From positions 39,168,001 through 39,232,000 of the forward strand of contig CP068257.2 of assembly GCA_009914755.4 (NCBI GenBank): a stretch of DNA of 64,000 bases, given 5' to 3'. Of this stretch, positions 14,982-29,227 are shown piece after piece (the first letter of the stretch is position 1; every line of letters begins with the position of its first letter). The position numbers and the translations under genes were made by a program. The notes beneath the pieces were generated by a model that was not told the DNA's origin, made no database searches, and saw only the letters and a program-made list of their open reading frames with translations. The stretch comes from the human T2T-CHM13v2.0 reference genome, Homo sapiens.

Positions 14982-15669
14982 GCCTGTTCTTAGTCAAATT
15001 GGAAAAAAAAAAAAAAAAGTACCTCTTAGTAAAGTGAACCATTGCATCAACAAGGATCTCAACCTTCAGCATTTAATGACTACTTATCCCTTGGTCTATA
15101 CTCCTTCTACACAATAAGATTGATAGGCCTTTAACATGCACTGTGTCATGGATCATCAACTAGTTGACCTGGATAGCTGGTCTGCAAATTATTTGAACCC
15201 CTTTTTCCAATATCTCTGTCTTGTTATACTATTCACAACACAATCTCTCGGCTCCAGTTGAATGCATTACCTCCTCCATCACATAAACTTATTGCCTGTC
15301 CAAAATTGCCTGGACTGATAATCTTCAGGCCTGTTCTTAGTCAAATTGAAAAAAAAAAAGTACCTCTTAGTAAAGTGAACAATTGCATCAACAAGGATCT
15401 CAACCTTCAGCATTTAATGACTACGTATCCCTTGGTCTATACTCCTTCTACACAATAAGATTGATAGGCCTTTAACATGCACTGTGTCATGGATCATCAG
15501 CTAGTTGACCTGGATAGCTGGTCTGCAAATTATTTGAACCCCTTTTTCCAACATCTGTGTCTTGTTATACTATTCACAACGCAAACTCTCGGCCCCAGTT
15601 GAATGCACTACCTCCTCCATCACATAAACTTATTGCCTGTCCACAATTGCCTGGACTGATAATCTTCAG
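14982..15669. repeat. Tandem duplication of a ~347-bp unit (two copies, ~97-98% identical)
   Basis: Copy 1 is 14982-15328 and copy 2 is 15329-15669. Both read gcctgttcttagtcaaattg(g)aaaaaaaaaaa..gtacctcttagtaaagtgaac(c/a)attgcatcaacaaggatctcaaccttcagcatttaatgactac(t/g)tatcccttggtctatactccttctacacaataagattgataggcctttaacatgcactgtgtcatggatcatca(a/g)ctagttgacctggatagctggtctgcaaattatttgaaccc ... ctggactgataatcttcag. The copies differ by A-run length (16 vs 11) and a handful of substitutions. Confidence 0.9.
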
Positions 15670-17079
15670 AGCTATGCAGCCACTGGATATTTTCCTCTCA
15701 CACAAACACATCTATCCCATTCACTACACCATGCTCTGGCTCACAGCCCTATAATCTCACTCCACCAAGTGCCCAATGGCAGAGGCTCCAACAACTTACA
15801 TATACTACCCACAATTTTTTTTTTTTCGAAATCCAAGGTCATATTCCTGGACTGTTCACAAGCTATAGTGATTCCCCTTGGCTAACTAAATATGCTCAAG
15901 CTCCCCAGACTCCTATTTATTTAGGCTGGATTTCACCTTTGCACCCTCATCCAGCACTGCCTGGCAATTAGATAACAGTGAATGAGGGCGTCTATGAAGA
16001 GTGTACTCACAAACTTTCATTAAATAGTAACCACACTTTATATGAATCTTTGCTCCTCACACAACAGCTGACTTTCACTGGATGCTCAGTACACATCTGT
16101 AGAACAAACGACCCAAGAACAGGCCATAAAACAAATTCAGAGAATAATCAGGGGAAATCTAGTGATCTGAAACTCAAGTCAAAAACTCAGAAAATATGAT
16201 GGCCAGGAAGAAGTCAATCGTTGTCTAAAATTATTTGGAAATAACTGATTGTGTAGTAATCCAGTTTTCTTTAACTGCAGATGCCTCAGATGATCTGATT
16301 GTTTGGTATTTAGTGGGCCTCAGTATGTTTCATGTATCATGAAAGGCAGGGAGAGGGACTTTTCTCAACCTCAAGGGTACAGCAACTGTGCAGTGAGGAC
16401 TAGGGTGAAGTATGAGAACAAAAACAAAAGCAATTATAATTACAGGCATTTATTGAGCTTCTCCTAAGTGTCATGTAGGTACAATGTACTATCCATTTTA
16501 GCTTATTCAATCCTCAAAACAATCCTGTGAAAATAACAAGAGTACATAGCTACTAAGTCACAATGGAAAAGTGTGTTCTTGTCCCAACTCTTCACTCCCT
16601 TTCCTGCAGGAGGCCATATGTCTATACACGCTGTGTGCAGAAGGAGTCTACTTCCCTGCTTCATTGACATCAGGCTTGGCCATGTTCCTGACTCAGGCCA
16701 ATAGCATGTGAGTGGACATGACATCGGCAAATCCGAGCAGAAGTTTTAGTCATTGTAGGTTCCCAAAAGATGAGGGTAAAATGGCATGTCCCAGAGAAGG
16801 CTGTCTTTAAAGTGGTTCCCAGAATTTGCACACTTGTGGCCAACAGTCAGTCCAACACGTAATGTGAGCACAAAATAAATCTTTGTTGTCATTGATCACA
16901 GAGACTATAGGGGTGACTGGCACTACACAAAGCTTAGCAAAAGTAGTGGTAGAATTCACACCCAGAGCCTGCACTTTTATCCATGTTACTATGCTGCCTC
17001 ACTAAGCATACATGCACTATTATGAGACAAGGTTCTAAATCTATGTAGGCAGGTTCTGCTGTCTCTGTCTTGCAAGTTG

Positions 17080-17235
17080 GAATCAGTCAGCTACTCAAAG
17101 TATGGTCCATGGACCAGAAACAGTATGAGTAATACTTGACAGCTGGTTAGAAATGCAGAATCTCAGCTCCCACCCAAGAATCTGCATTTTAATAAAATTC
17201 CCAGGAATGAATGTCACAATAAAATATGATAAATG
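17080..17235 (+). mobile_element. Ancient hAT-type MITE relic (MER5-like; name uncertain)
   Basis: ctactcaaagtatggtccatggaccagaaacagtatgagtaatacttgacagctggttagaaatgcagaatctcagctcccacccaagaatctgcattttaataaaattcccaggaatgaatgtcac. Confidence 0.4.
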
Positions 17236-19899
17236 CTGATTTAACACATGGTCATGGACGCATATGCTTCATGAATAATCAAGATCAAAGAGCTATGAAT
17301 TAGAAATGAAAAAAAGCATCCACTTCCAATTCTATTTTCCAGATTGGAAAGACAAGAGTATCCACTTATTTTCCTTGTCTCTTGGAGATCAGAGGGGTAG
17401 AAACAATGTGTTGTAACTACAATGGTTTACTGTAAAACATTCTAGGACTTGCTCTAGTCACTAAATATCACCCTTTGATAGAGCAGCTTACACCTCATTG
17501 CTAGTCACGCCGACCTCTTGTTCACAATCCAATAGCATGTTCATTGAACAAATAAACATTAGGGCCTATTTGTCTTCATTAAGGACTGTATGCTTGTAGG
17601 GGAAAAAATGACACATTGTGCTTATCTTGACTTCCCTGTTCCAAGATCCCATTATTGTCTTATCACCCTTTTGATGAGTGACATTGACCATTAACCATAT
17701 CAGTAAACATCACAGCTTCCTAAACACAAGTTCTCATCATAATTAAGGGAGGAATATAACACTTATGGATGCTGCTTAGCCGGTAATTCAATGTCATGGT
17801 CTCTTCTCCACACTGTTGCGAAACCCAGTAGCAGTGAACCAGAACATCCAAGAAGTAATGGAAATGAATAATGATATTTCAAGATGGTGGATGATGTAGG
17901 TAGAACAACCACTTGTGCATTTGAGACACATTCTCCCCAGTGAACACTAAGGTTTTTGACAGGCTGGTTTATGAATAAATTCATGACATGAGACATTTCC
18001 AAAATGTCTGTTAAGAACTGCTTCAAAATGAAGTCATCAAAATTACTGCAAAATGTACATTTTAAATGCAAACAGCCAGGGGAAAGAGTGTACTTGTTAT
18101 GTAGAATTCATTATCTTTATTTCGGAGTGCAGCCCTATAAACATTTGTTTGGGATTGCTTTTATGCAATTGTTTGGAACATAAGCAGAGAAAGAGCTGAA
18201 TGGAGACATTCCAGAAACCCAGAGCTTATTCAGCTTCTTTTTTCTCTACCTTGATAGAAAGAAATCATTTTTTTCTTCAAATTTAATACAATTGTAAGGA
18301 TCTGGTGTTTTCTAATTTATCAGTTTATGTTGTTAATAGTGGGGACATTACCAAAATATGAAAAATGGAAACCATGTACTAAGAATTTTATCTTGTCATC
18401 TGGGACAAAAAAAAAAAGATCCTTCATTAGATGCACATTACTTTTTTTAGGTATTTAACTCACAATGTAAGTATGTGCATATTTACAGAAGATAGTAATA
18501 CTATCCTTATGTTTGTAATTGAATTCAGCCTGGAGCCGCTTTAAGATGAATCAGACTATCAAGTTAGCCAGCAGATTTAGGGTCAAAAATATACTAAGTG
18601 GGAAAAAATGTTCTTAATACAGAATAAGCTAAGTGGTTAGTTAAGGACTAAAAACACCACTGCTCCACCACGAAGAAGGAAATATGCATTTGATCTAAAA
18701 GAAGAAAAGAGTTAAAATCCAGTATACCATCAAGACAAAAGAAAACCTATCTGTAAAAAAAAAGAGAATACAAATCATCACAGACACACCCTAAATGAAA
18801 ATGCCAAGTAGTTTCGATTGCATGAAATTTATTAATGCTTATATATCAATAAAGCTCACCATAAACAAAATTAAAAGGCAAATAATGACCTTTGAAGATT
18901 ATACATACCTTTTAAAAATTAATAAGCCTAGCATTTATAAAAGCTTGCAAACCTATTTTTCAAATAACACACCAAAAAAGAAATGAGCAAAGCACATGAA
19001 TTGGCAATAATAATATTTCAGGAATGACCTGAATCTACAGTAGAGGATCAGCTAATAGTAGCAGATACATACGATAAACTAGGATGTTGTCATTATAAGT
19101 GTAATATGGAAGAACGTCTACTGATGTGAAGAAAATGTTCATGAAGCAGTAAAAAAAGAATAAAACAATCACCTAATTGTAAATGTTTAATAAAAGACAT
19201 ACCAGACTGTTAGCAGTATCTCTCTACATTGTAGAACTACAAGAGTTGCTTTTTTGTGTGTTTCAAGTGTTTTACAAACTTCACCCATTCAGTATATATT
19301 GCTCTTCAATTAAAAATAAAATAAAGGTCATACAAAATTAAAGAGATTAAAATTAGAACAATTTAGATAAACAAATTTACCATAAAAACAGGAAAATTCC
19401 ATTCCCAATGCTATAAAACTATAGCCTAAGCCATTAAAATGTTTTACTTCTAAAATTAAGCTACTGACTTTTGGAAAAATGTTATTACCCTATAAAGACA
19501 TTTTTAGATATCCACAGTTAAGTTTGTAGGCAAAGGATGGTATTGAGGTGTGTAAAGAGAAAGCTTGGACCAAAAAGAAAATTTTATTTTTTTAATTGAG
19601 AGCCTGTGTTTGTAAGTAACATCAGTGATTCCCTTACCAAAATACCTGTTTTACTCTGGGAGTGAAATGAGTTAAAAGAACTAGACTGCTGGGGCTTTGG
19701 GGTAGGTGATGCTTCCTCTCTAATTTGAATCTATATTGCCAATAGGTAAATTGAGAGCTAACACATTAACTCAAATTTATTGCTGACATTACCTTCCCTA
19801 TGCAGGAAAATCAATAATGAATATACATTGGAATAGCTGATTGGTGAAACTCAGAGAAAAAAAACTCAAAGTAAATTATTCTACAGTATTAGATTCTTA

Positions 19900-20340
19900 T
19901 TGCCACTATAACAAATTACCCCAAGTTTGGTGGCTTTAAACAATGCAGATTTATTCTCTTACAATTCTGGAGGACAGAAGTCCAAGTTCAATTTCACAGA
20001 ACTAAACTCAAGATATAAACTGGGCTGCACTCCCTTTGAAGGAACATGGGGAATATCTGATTTCCCTTTTTCAGCTTGTAAAGCTTTTCCAGCTCATAAA
20101 GTCTTTTTCAGCTTGTAAAGACCTCTTGAATTCCTTGGCTTATGAGAGACACATCATTCCAACCTCTTATTCCATCATCACATCTTTTACTATCCTTCTG
20201 ATCTCCTGCCTTTCTCTTTTAAAGATTCTTGTGATTACATTAGGCTTAATAGTTAATCCAAAATAATCTTCTAATCTCAAGAGCCTAAATTTAAATACAT
20301 CTGCAAAATTCCTTTAGCCATATAAGGTAGCATCTACAGG
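19900..20340 (-). mobile_element. MaLR-like solo LTR, inverted relative to the adjacent element
   Basis: The reverse complement ends ...cttggacttctgtcctccagaattgtaagagaataaatctgcattgtttaaagccaccaaacttggggtaatttgttatagtgg. The plus strand starts ccactataacaaattaccccaagtttggtggctttaaacaatgcagatttattctcttacaattctggaggacagaagtccaag, which is the typical MaLR-LTR 3' end in reverse. Confidence 0.5.
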
Positions 20341-21140
20341 TTTTGGAGACAGTACACTGCTTTGGTTTGAATGTTTGTCCCCTCTGAAACTCATGTTGAA
20401 ACTTAATCCCCAATGTGGCAATATTGAAATGTGGACTTTTAAGAGGTAATCCATTTATTGATTAATAGATTAACGAGTCAGTGGATTAATAGATTATCAC
20501 AGGAGTGACATTAGTGGCTTTATAAGAGGAAAAACGGAGACTTGAACAATAACTAAGCATCCTCACCATATGATTCCCTGCACCACCTCAGGACTTTACA
20601 GAGTCCCTCACTAGCAAAAGGACCTTTCAACAAAATGCAGCCCCTTGACCTTGGACTTCTCAACCTCCATAACTGTAAGAAATAAATTACTTTTCTTTAT
20701 AAATTACCCAGTTTCAGGCATTCTGTTATAAGCAATACGAACTAAGACAGAAAATTGGTACCAGGAGTGGGGTGTTGATGATAGTGAACACCTGAAAATG
20801 TGGAAGTGGCTTTGGAACTGGGTAATGGGCAGAGGATGGAAGCTGAGGGAGCAGGCTAGAAAAAGCCTGGATTCTGGTGAGGGCTTAGAAGGCAAGAAAA
20901 CTAAGGGAAGTTTGTAACTCCTTAGGAATTGGTTAAATGGTGGTGACCAGAATGCTAATAGAGATATGGCCAGTAAAGGCCATTCTGATGAGATCTCAGA
21001 TAGAACTGAAAAACAAGGTATGGAAATTTTGAGTAAAGGCCATTCTTCCTATAAATTGGCAAATAATTTGGTTGAAGCGTGTCCCTGCCCAAGGGCTTTA
21101 TGGAAGGCCAAACTTAAGAATGATGAACTAGGATATCTGA

Positions 21141-21684
<544 letters not shown>

Positions 21685-24399
21685 TAAGGAAAATATAAAA
21701 GGAGCTACATGGTTACTTTTGGCTGCTTATGCTGATATTTGGGACCAAAGGAATAATTTAAAAACATAATTTATAATTAAAAGAGAAACAGAACAGAAAG
21801 ATTTGAAAAGCTCTCATCTTGGCCAAGTGAAAAGTTAATAAGTGTGTTCAGGAGAGAAAATCAAGGGTGTAGCTCAGAGACCATTTGCTAAACATATTAG
21901 TATGAATAGAAGGGAGCCAGGTGCTTTTCCTCAAGATAGCAGAAAAAAGAGATCCTGAAGGCATTTTAAAGATCTTGAGGCTGCCTCTCTCATCACAGGC
22001 CCAGAGGCCTAAGATGGCAGAATGGTTTCAGGAGATAGACCAAGGGCACCCTCCATAGGCTCAGTGCCCAAGGCCACCAGAGGACTCTGTTTCCTGCACT
22101 CCAGAACGGTGCTCCACAACTGCCCTAGTTAGGCTCAAGAGACCCTAGGTATGGCTTGTGGCACAGCTCTGGAAGGAATACACATGTCAGTATACATGTA
22201 GCGCTAATTCTGCAGGCTCTTGGCAGCATGCATGTGGTGCTAATTCTCAGGTTTGCAGAAAGCAAGAGTTGTAGAGGATTGGCAGCCTCCACCCAGATTT
22301 CTAAGGATGTCATCAAAAGCTTGGGGGCCCAGGCAGGGACTTGTCACAGGGGGGGTTGCCACCACAAAGAGTTTCCACTAGAGCAATGCTGTATGTAACT
22401 GTAGGGTCAGAGCTGCTGCAGAGTCCTTACCAGGGTAATATCTAATGGAGCCATAGAGGCAGGACCTCCACCAGGATCCCAAAACTGTGGAGTCACCAGT
22501 AGCATGCAATGCCCACGTTGGACAGCTTCAGGGACCAGACTTCAGCACATAGAAGTAGCTGCATGGGCTACACCAAGCAAAGCCACAGGGACAGGACTGC
22601 TTGAGGCCTTGGGGGCCCAACTCCCACCCCAGTGTCTCGGAGGCTAAGGTGGAGTCAAAGGAGATTACTCTCAAGCTTTACAATTAATGTCTGCCCTGCT
22701 GGGTTTCAGACTTGGTTGGGACTAGTTAAGCCTTTCTTTTTGCCTATTTATCACTTTGAAAATAGAAATCTGTGAGTCTTTCTAGGTACCTTGAAAGTAG
22801 ACAACCCGTTTTGATTTCACAGACTCACAGATGAGACTGTGGACTTTAGACTTCCGAGTTGGTGTGGGGATAAGTTAAGACTTTGGGGTTATGGGGATGG
22901 ATTGCATATATTTGTATGTGAGAAGGACATGAGTTTTGGGGGCCAGGGGCAAAAGCCTATGATATCAATGTTTACTCCCTCTGAAACTAATGTTGAAGCT
23001 TAATCCCCAATGTGGCAGTATTAAGAGGTGGGGCCTTTAAAGGTGATTTGGTCATGAGGGCATAGCCCTCACAATGGGATTAATCCATTCATGGATTCAT
23101 GGGTTATCACAGCAGTGGCATTTGTGGCTTCGTAACAGGAGAAAGAGAGAAATCTCAGCAGCACACTCAGCCCTTCACCATGTGATGGCCTGGGCTGCCT
23201 CAGGACTCTGCAAAGGGTCCTCACCAGCAAGAAGACCTTCACCAGATGTGGCCCCTTGACCTTGGACTTGTTAGCCTCCATAACAGTAAGAACCATATTC
23301 CTTTTCTTTATAAATTACACATTTCTAGAATTCTGTTACAAGCAACAGAAAGCAGACTAATACAGACATGGATATCCTGGGGAAGTGACAGCATTACGCA
23401 GCTGACCACACCTCACAACTAGACAGACAAGGTACCACTAACAGAATTCCTTTCCTTATGGCAGCACTTTGGTCTGTTTTTGCTGATATTTTACAATGAT
23501 GAAAATCTGTTATTCTCTTTGGAAGTACTAAATTTAGGGTAAGTCAGAGAAGTCAGTTTCTAAGAGGAAAATAATACTCATTCCTAAATTTCTTGCCCCT
23601 AAATTTCTTTCCTCAAGTCTCCAATAAGTGCTGCACAGCTGAAATCTCATATGTTTTTCAAAATAATTATGGAACATCTGCCATATGGTAGATACAGATG
23701 TGATCACTGGCTTTTGCTTTACAAATGCAAATGATGCCTTTGACGTTCTCATTGCCTCTGTTTGCCAAGAAGGCAGTGAAATGATGAGAACTCCACTCTG
23801 TCACGTGAGCACACATATGCTACCCCATTACCCACCACAAGTCTGAGAAAACACCCAGGGAAGGACCACTAAAGCCACCTATAGGAGTGACTCAAATTCT
23901 GTTAAAGCAAAACACAAAATGTTCATGAAAGTGAAAGAGCCATGATAGGTCTGATCAATCGTGTGATGTTTTAGTGCTGCAACACCCTCTAGTCACTGAT
24001 CTCGGGCCCCCAGACTCCCCCTTCTCTTTCGTCTCTCAGGTTAATGATTTAGAAAGGTGACATATGTGTGATTCTATTATTGTTAAACCTTGTAGTTGGT
24101 TGGTGAGTTAGGAATTACTAGAATCTACAGACTTTAGTATATATAGAATATACTGGCATTTATGTATAGAATCTGTGGGTAATGAACTCCAACTTGGATA
24201 GATCAGACAGGAAGGAAAAGAGGAAGGGAAGAATGGGGAAAAAAAAAACACCTTTATACCTGTGTCTGGACCGTTGAGTGTTGTTGGGGAAAATCCCACA
24301 GCTGGGAAGATTTGTGTCACAATAAATTTGCCGTCACCAGCCTAAATGGTCCTTCAGTGTCTCTAAGGAGCATCCCCTCTCCTGCTCTACAAAATGACC

Positions 24400-25800
24400 A
24401 TTTCTCCTTCTCTAACCTACTCAAGCCTCAGACTCTTTACTCTCAGGACCCAGTCTTCTCTTCTGCTTAATAAAGAAAGGGGGGAAATAGCTAAAAATCC
24501 TTTAAACCACCCCTCCATCAGCACCAAGTGTAAACACTCCAGGGACCAATCCACTCTTCCCTCACTTAGGTTAGAATGGAGACAGTGACCTGTGCAGTAC
24601 AAGGCCACTCCCCAAGTCCTGTCCACAGGGATAGGGGAGGCTTCCTGGAGCTCTGAATGTGGATGTGGCCTTGCTGATGGAGTGTGGTTCAGAATCAGGG
24701 GAGCACAGAGTCCATGCACCTTCCTTTAAATTGAAGCACAGAAGGTTGTTTTTCCAGAGGATCACAGAAATTCAAAATGCACGCTCTGCAGGATGCTTTG
24801 GTTGCCTTCCGCATTCCAACCTTTCCCTGATGATTATCCTGTTCCTCCTGGACCCTTGTTCTTTCCATTGCCATTGCCTCTCCACTGACTCTGGTCATCA
24901 TTTAGGTAGGCTCAAGTCCTCCTTTCCCAGCAGGGCTCTCTCTGCTCCTACCACCCTCTGCCTGCTAGCCCCTATCTCCCCTCCCCGTTCCCAGCACACC
25001 TTCCTGGAGAAGATGAGAGCCCCCACGGTTTCATTTTCTCATTTCTCAGCCACTTTGCAACTCACCCTAACCTGCCTCCTGCCCTGCCCACTTGGTTTTC
25101 GACTACTTATCTGTTCCTTCTCAGTCTTCTTTACTCAGTCATCTGTCTCTGCACAATCCTGAAATGTTGACATTTTTATGGATTCTGTCCTAGGCCTTCT
25201 GTATCTGTTCATGCTACCTGTGCTCTTTAGAGACCTCTACTATATCCATTGCTAAATTCCCATCTATAAGTCAACATTCCCCTCCATCTAGGACTATCTA
25301 CTGAGCTCCAGACTTAACTTCCCGCTGCTACATTGTACCCCACCCAATTGTATTCAGAGGTGTTTCAAGCTGACCATGATCACACCTGCACTTAAGCTTT
25401 CTCCTTCCCCACCCCCATAATTGGTCTAATGCTAATGTTTCCTAAATCAGTGAAAGGCACGTCCACTCAGCTGTCTGAACGAGACTCTTCTAATATTCTT
25501 GAATTAGCTCACTTCCCCCCAACTCCTAGGGAGCTGTCATGACCTCCCAAATGGCCTTCTAGAATCCACCCTTGCTCCTCTCAAATCCACCCTCCAGTCT
25601 GCTACTTCTCTTCTTATAATAATCTGATCACACAGATGACTGCCCAGTGACTTCCAAGTAAACCTTAATCTTAATATGAGCCAAGTATCTCTTAAAATCT
25701 GGCCACTGCCAACTTTCCTAGCTCTCTCTTGTATGTCTATCTCTCTTTCCCCCTCTCTGTTTTGTGAGGGTTCCTTCTGTTTGTTCATTCCCCCTCCATC
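24400..25800. mobile_element. Ancient interspersed-repeat-like sequence (possibly L2-derived), low confidence
   Basis: The style is pyrimidine-rich and low-complexity, with phrases typical of L2/old LTR relics: ggaggcttcctggagctctgaatg, cccaaatggccttctagaatccacccttgctcctctcaaatccaccctccagtctgctacttctc. It hosts the spurious 167-aa ORF 24659..25162. Confidence 0.25.
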
Positions 25801-26164
25801 CTGCCTTCTGGCTCATGAGGCTGACCAGTAATCATGACATCAGTGAGATTCCATGCCCTCTGACTTTTGGTGTGTTCAGGGCCACAGGAGTCCAGACAGG
25901 AGACTGGAAGGCAGTAGAAGAGTAAACTCAGTAACTCATTCCCTTGGCTCACTCCCCAATGAACCTACTTAGCTTGTTCCATTGGTCAACCAAAGTTCCC
26001 TTCCCCTTCCAGGTTCTGGGAATTACGCCATGACCCCTTGACCCCTCCAGGCCTAAGGATGGTGGCAAGTCCATCATCACACAGCCCTATACCATCTAGC
26101 CTGTTGTCCTGACACTCAGCCCATACCATAGTAAATGGTCCCTTTATTAAACACAATGTTTTCT

Positions 26165-26467
<303 letters not shown>

Positions 26468-27127
26468 TAAACACAATGTTTTCTAAGATGAGCCTGCCAT
26501 CTGTTTCCTGCTGGGGATTTACTGCGATACCCCTGCCTGCTACACCTCAGCCCTGCTGGGCTCTTCTCAGATCCTTCAGCACATCATGATTTACTATCCC
26601 TGGAAGCCTTCTCACTATGAGGCTGGCCCTTCTTTCCTGCCTGGCCCACAAGCTAGATTAAGTCCCCACTGTGGCCTTCCAAGGTGCATTCTACTTTGCT
26701 GTTGATATGCTGCAGAATGCTGCCATTATTGACGTGATTGCTTTACTGTCAGCTCCACCAAGTGGGGAGTCAGATCTGTGGTGCCCCGATTCTCCCAGTG
26801 CCTGGCACCCTGAAGATGCAAAAAAAAGTGTGTTGACCAATAAGCTCATTTCTGTGAGTTTACCTGACAGAGATCTGATGATATTTTAAAGTTCCAGTCT
26901 AGCTCTTGCAATACAAATATAGAGTTGCTACACAAGCGTCTTTGAATGACCTTGGGTAAAAAGTCACATAATTTATTTCCAAATCCTAGAGGTACTCAAA
27001 ATCCACCCTTCATTTTGACAATTATGAGGTCTGAAAAAATTGTGAATGCTACAATATGTACAAATACATTCAAGGGCTGTGTTTCTATTAGTTTCATCAC
27101 CCTAAGAAATTAGTGTTTCCGTATGTT

Positions 27128-27598
27128 TATTGCGGCACTGTTCACAATAGCAAATACTTGGAACCAACCCAAATGCCCATCAGTGATAGACTGGATAAAG
27201 AAAATGTGGCACATATACACCATGGAATACTATGCAGCCATATAAAACGATGAGTTCATGTCCTTTGCAGGGACATGGATGAAGCTGGAAACCATCATTC
27301 TCAGTAAACTAACACAAGAACAGAAAACCAAACACCACATATTCTCACTCACAGGTGGCAGTTGAACAATGAGAACACATGGACATGGGGAGGGGAACAT
27401 CACACACCAGGGCCTATCGGGGGTGAGGGGCTAGGGGAGGGAAAACATTAGGAGAAATACCTAACGTAGATGATGGGTTGATGGGTGCAGCAAACCACCA
27501 TAGCATGTGTATACCTATGTAACAAATCTGCACGTTCTGCACATGTATCCCAGAACTTAAAGTATAATGAATCAATCAATCAATCAATCAATCAATAA
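27128..27598 (+). mobile_element. L1 (L1PA-like) 3'-end fragment: ORF2 C-terminus plus 3'UTR
   Basis: attgcggcactgttcacaatagcaaatacttggaaccaacccaaatgcccatcagtgatagactggataaagaaaatgtggcacatatacaccatggaatactatgcagccatataaaacgatgagttcatgtcctttgcagggacatggatgaagctggaaaccatcattctcagtaaactaacacaagaacagaaaaccaaacaccacatattctcactcacaggtggcagttgaacaatgagaacacatggacatggggaggggaacatcacacaccagggcctatcgggggtgagggg ... tgtaacaaatctgcacgttctgcacatgtatcccagaacttaaagtataatgaatcaatcaatcaa. Confidence 0.9.
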
Positions 27599-28926
27599 GT
27601 GTTTCATAGGAGAAACGTAATATAAGGAAAAACATAAATATTTTATTAGGGGTTTATTATTATTGAACTCTGTTGCTGGCTGACCACGTAACCATATAGT
27701 GTCCAAATTCCATTTCTGTAAGGAAAACATCTATGTCCTTAAACTTGGGATCCACACATGGCTTCTCACACCTGCATCCTTCCAGGTCAGCCTCTTGAGG
27801 CTTTGGATGGACACTAAGGAACCAGTTCCTATGCCTGGACTTTTGATTACCCCTTAACTTCCATCAGCCAAATTGCAGGTTCATGGTCCTCCTGCCTTCG
27901 CAGGAGGTGGGGCGGGATGGGGGTGGAGGGCGAGGGGGAGGACAGGCTTCCTGTCCACTCCTCTTGGAAAGCTTCTATGCACTCCCTAGACCTGTTCCCT
28001 CCTGATCAGTGAGTGCAATACTCCCAGTTCTTCACCAACACACTAAGAAGGAAAAAGCCTTTATTCATTTATAGCAACTGACAATATAAAGACCCAAAGG
28101 TCATAACAAAATAAAAAGAAGCCATCTTTCAAGTGGGACAGAGAAGTAATAAAAGTGCAGTTAGAACCAGAGAGTGGTCAAGCTCTGGCAGGAGACAAGA
28201 GAAGAGAGAAAAAGGGAAGAGGGTTGGGAAGTGGTGAAAAGGGCCAAAAGCCTGAATTTCTATCCACCTTCTTCTCTTATCTGTCCGAGGGGTATTTTTA
28301 CATATTATAGCATGCTATTGTGAGGTATATTATAGTTCATGAACCACAGTGACTTTTAGCTCCATGTTCACTGTGTGGCTTTTGTTGTCTATAGTAGAAA
28401 CTGTGGTCTGCTGTCCAGATTCCTACTTCTGGGCCTAGGTACACATCTCCTCATCTGCTGAGTGTGTTGTTTGCAAAGAATTCAGAGCTGAGTCCTTCTA
28501 TGACCTCAATCAAAGACGCCTCCTCCCCAAAGACATCACTCATCCAATGACTGGTCAATGGGTGTTGCTGGAGCCCAACTCAATTTGGGACAAGTCTGAA
28601 TGACCATCCAGCTTCAATGTTCCTCAAAGGGTCAGCTATTAAAATTATTGAAGCAATGGGGGAATTCCACTGTCCTTGTATCAGTCAACATCTCTACTCA
28701 CCAGACCACAAGAAGACCAAGAGGCCCAAAAATGCCCACTGAAGATTGCTGACAACATACAGACCCAAAGGTCACAAAAAAATGAAAAGAAGCCATCTTG
28801 CAAGTAGAACAGAGAAGTGATAAAAGTGCAGCTAGAACCACAGAGTGGTCAAGCTCTGGCAGGAGATGAGGAGAGAGAGAAAGGTCTTTGAGATTCTAAG
28901 TAGGCCTTGGGTTAATACAACCATCA

Positions 28927-29227
<301 letters not shown>

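Noticed and set aside
24659-25162. 167-aa plus-strand ORF, the second longest in the window
   Set aside because: The product is low-complexity and Ser/Leu/Pro/Cys-rich (…LSTDSGHHLGRLKSSFPSRALSAPTTLCLLAPISPP…). The sequence has the signature of an old L2/LTR-like repeat. There are no splice signals, Kozak context or homolog, and overlapping ORFs of similar size exist on the opposite strand.
27128-27598. Intact L1 coding capacity at the L1 fragments (27128-27598, 40534-41092, 42066-42492, 33790-34080)
   Set aside because: Each is only a 0.3-0.55 kb 3'-terminal or internal fragment. There is no ORF1, only the last ~60 codons of ORF2 at most, and one copy has an internal deletion. None can be autonomous.
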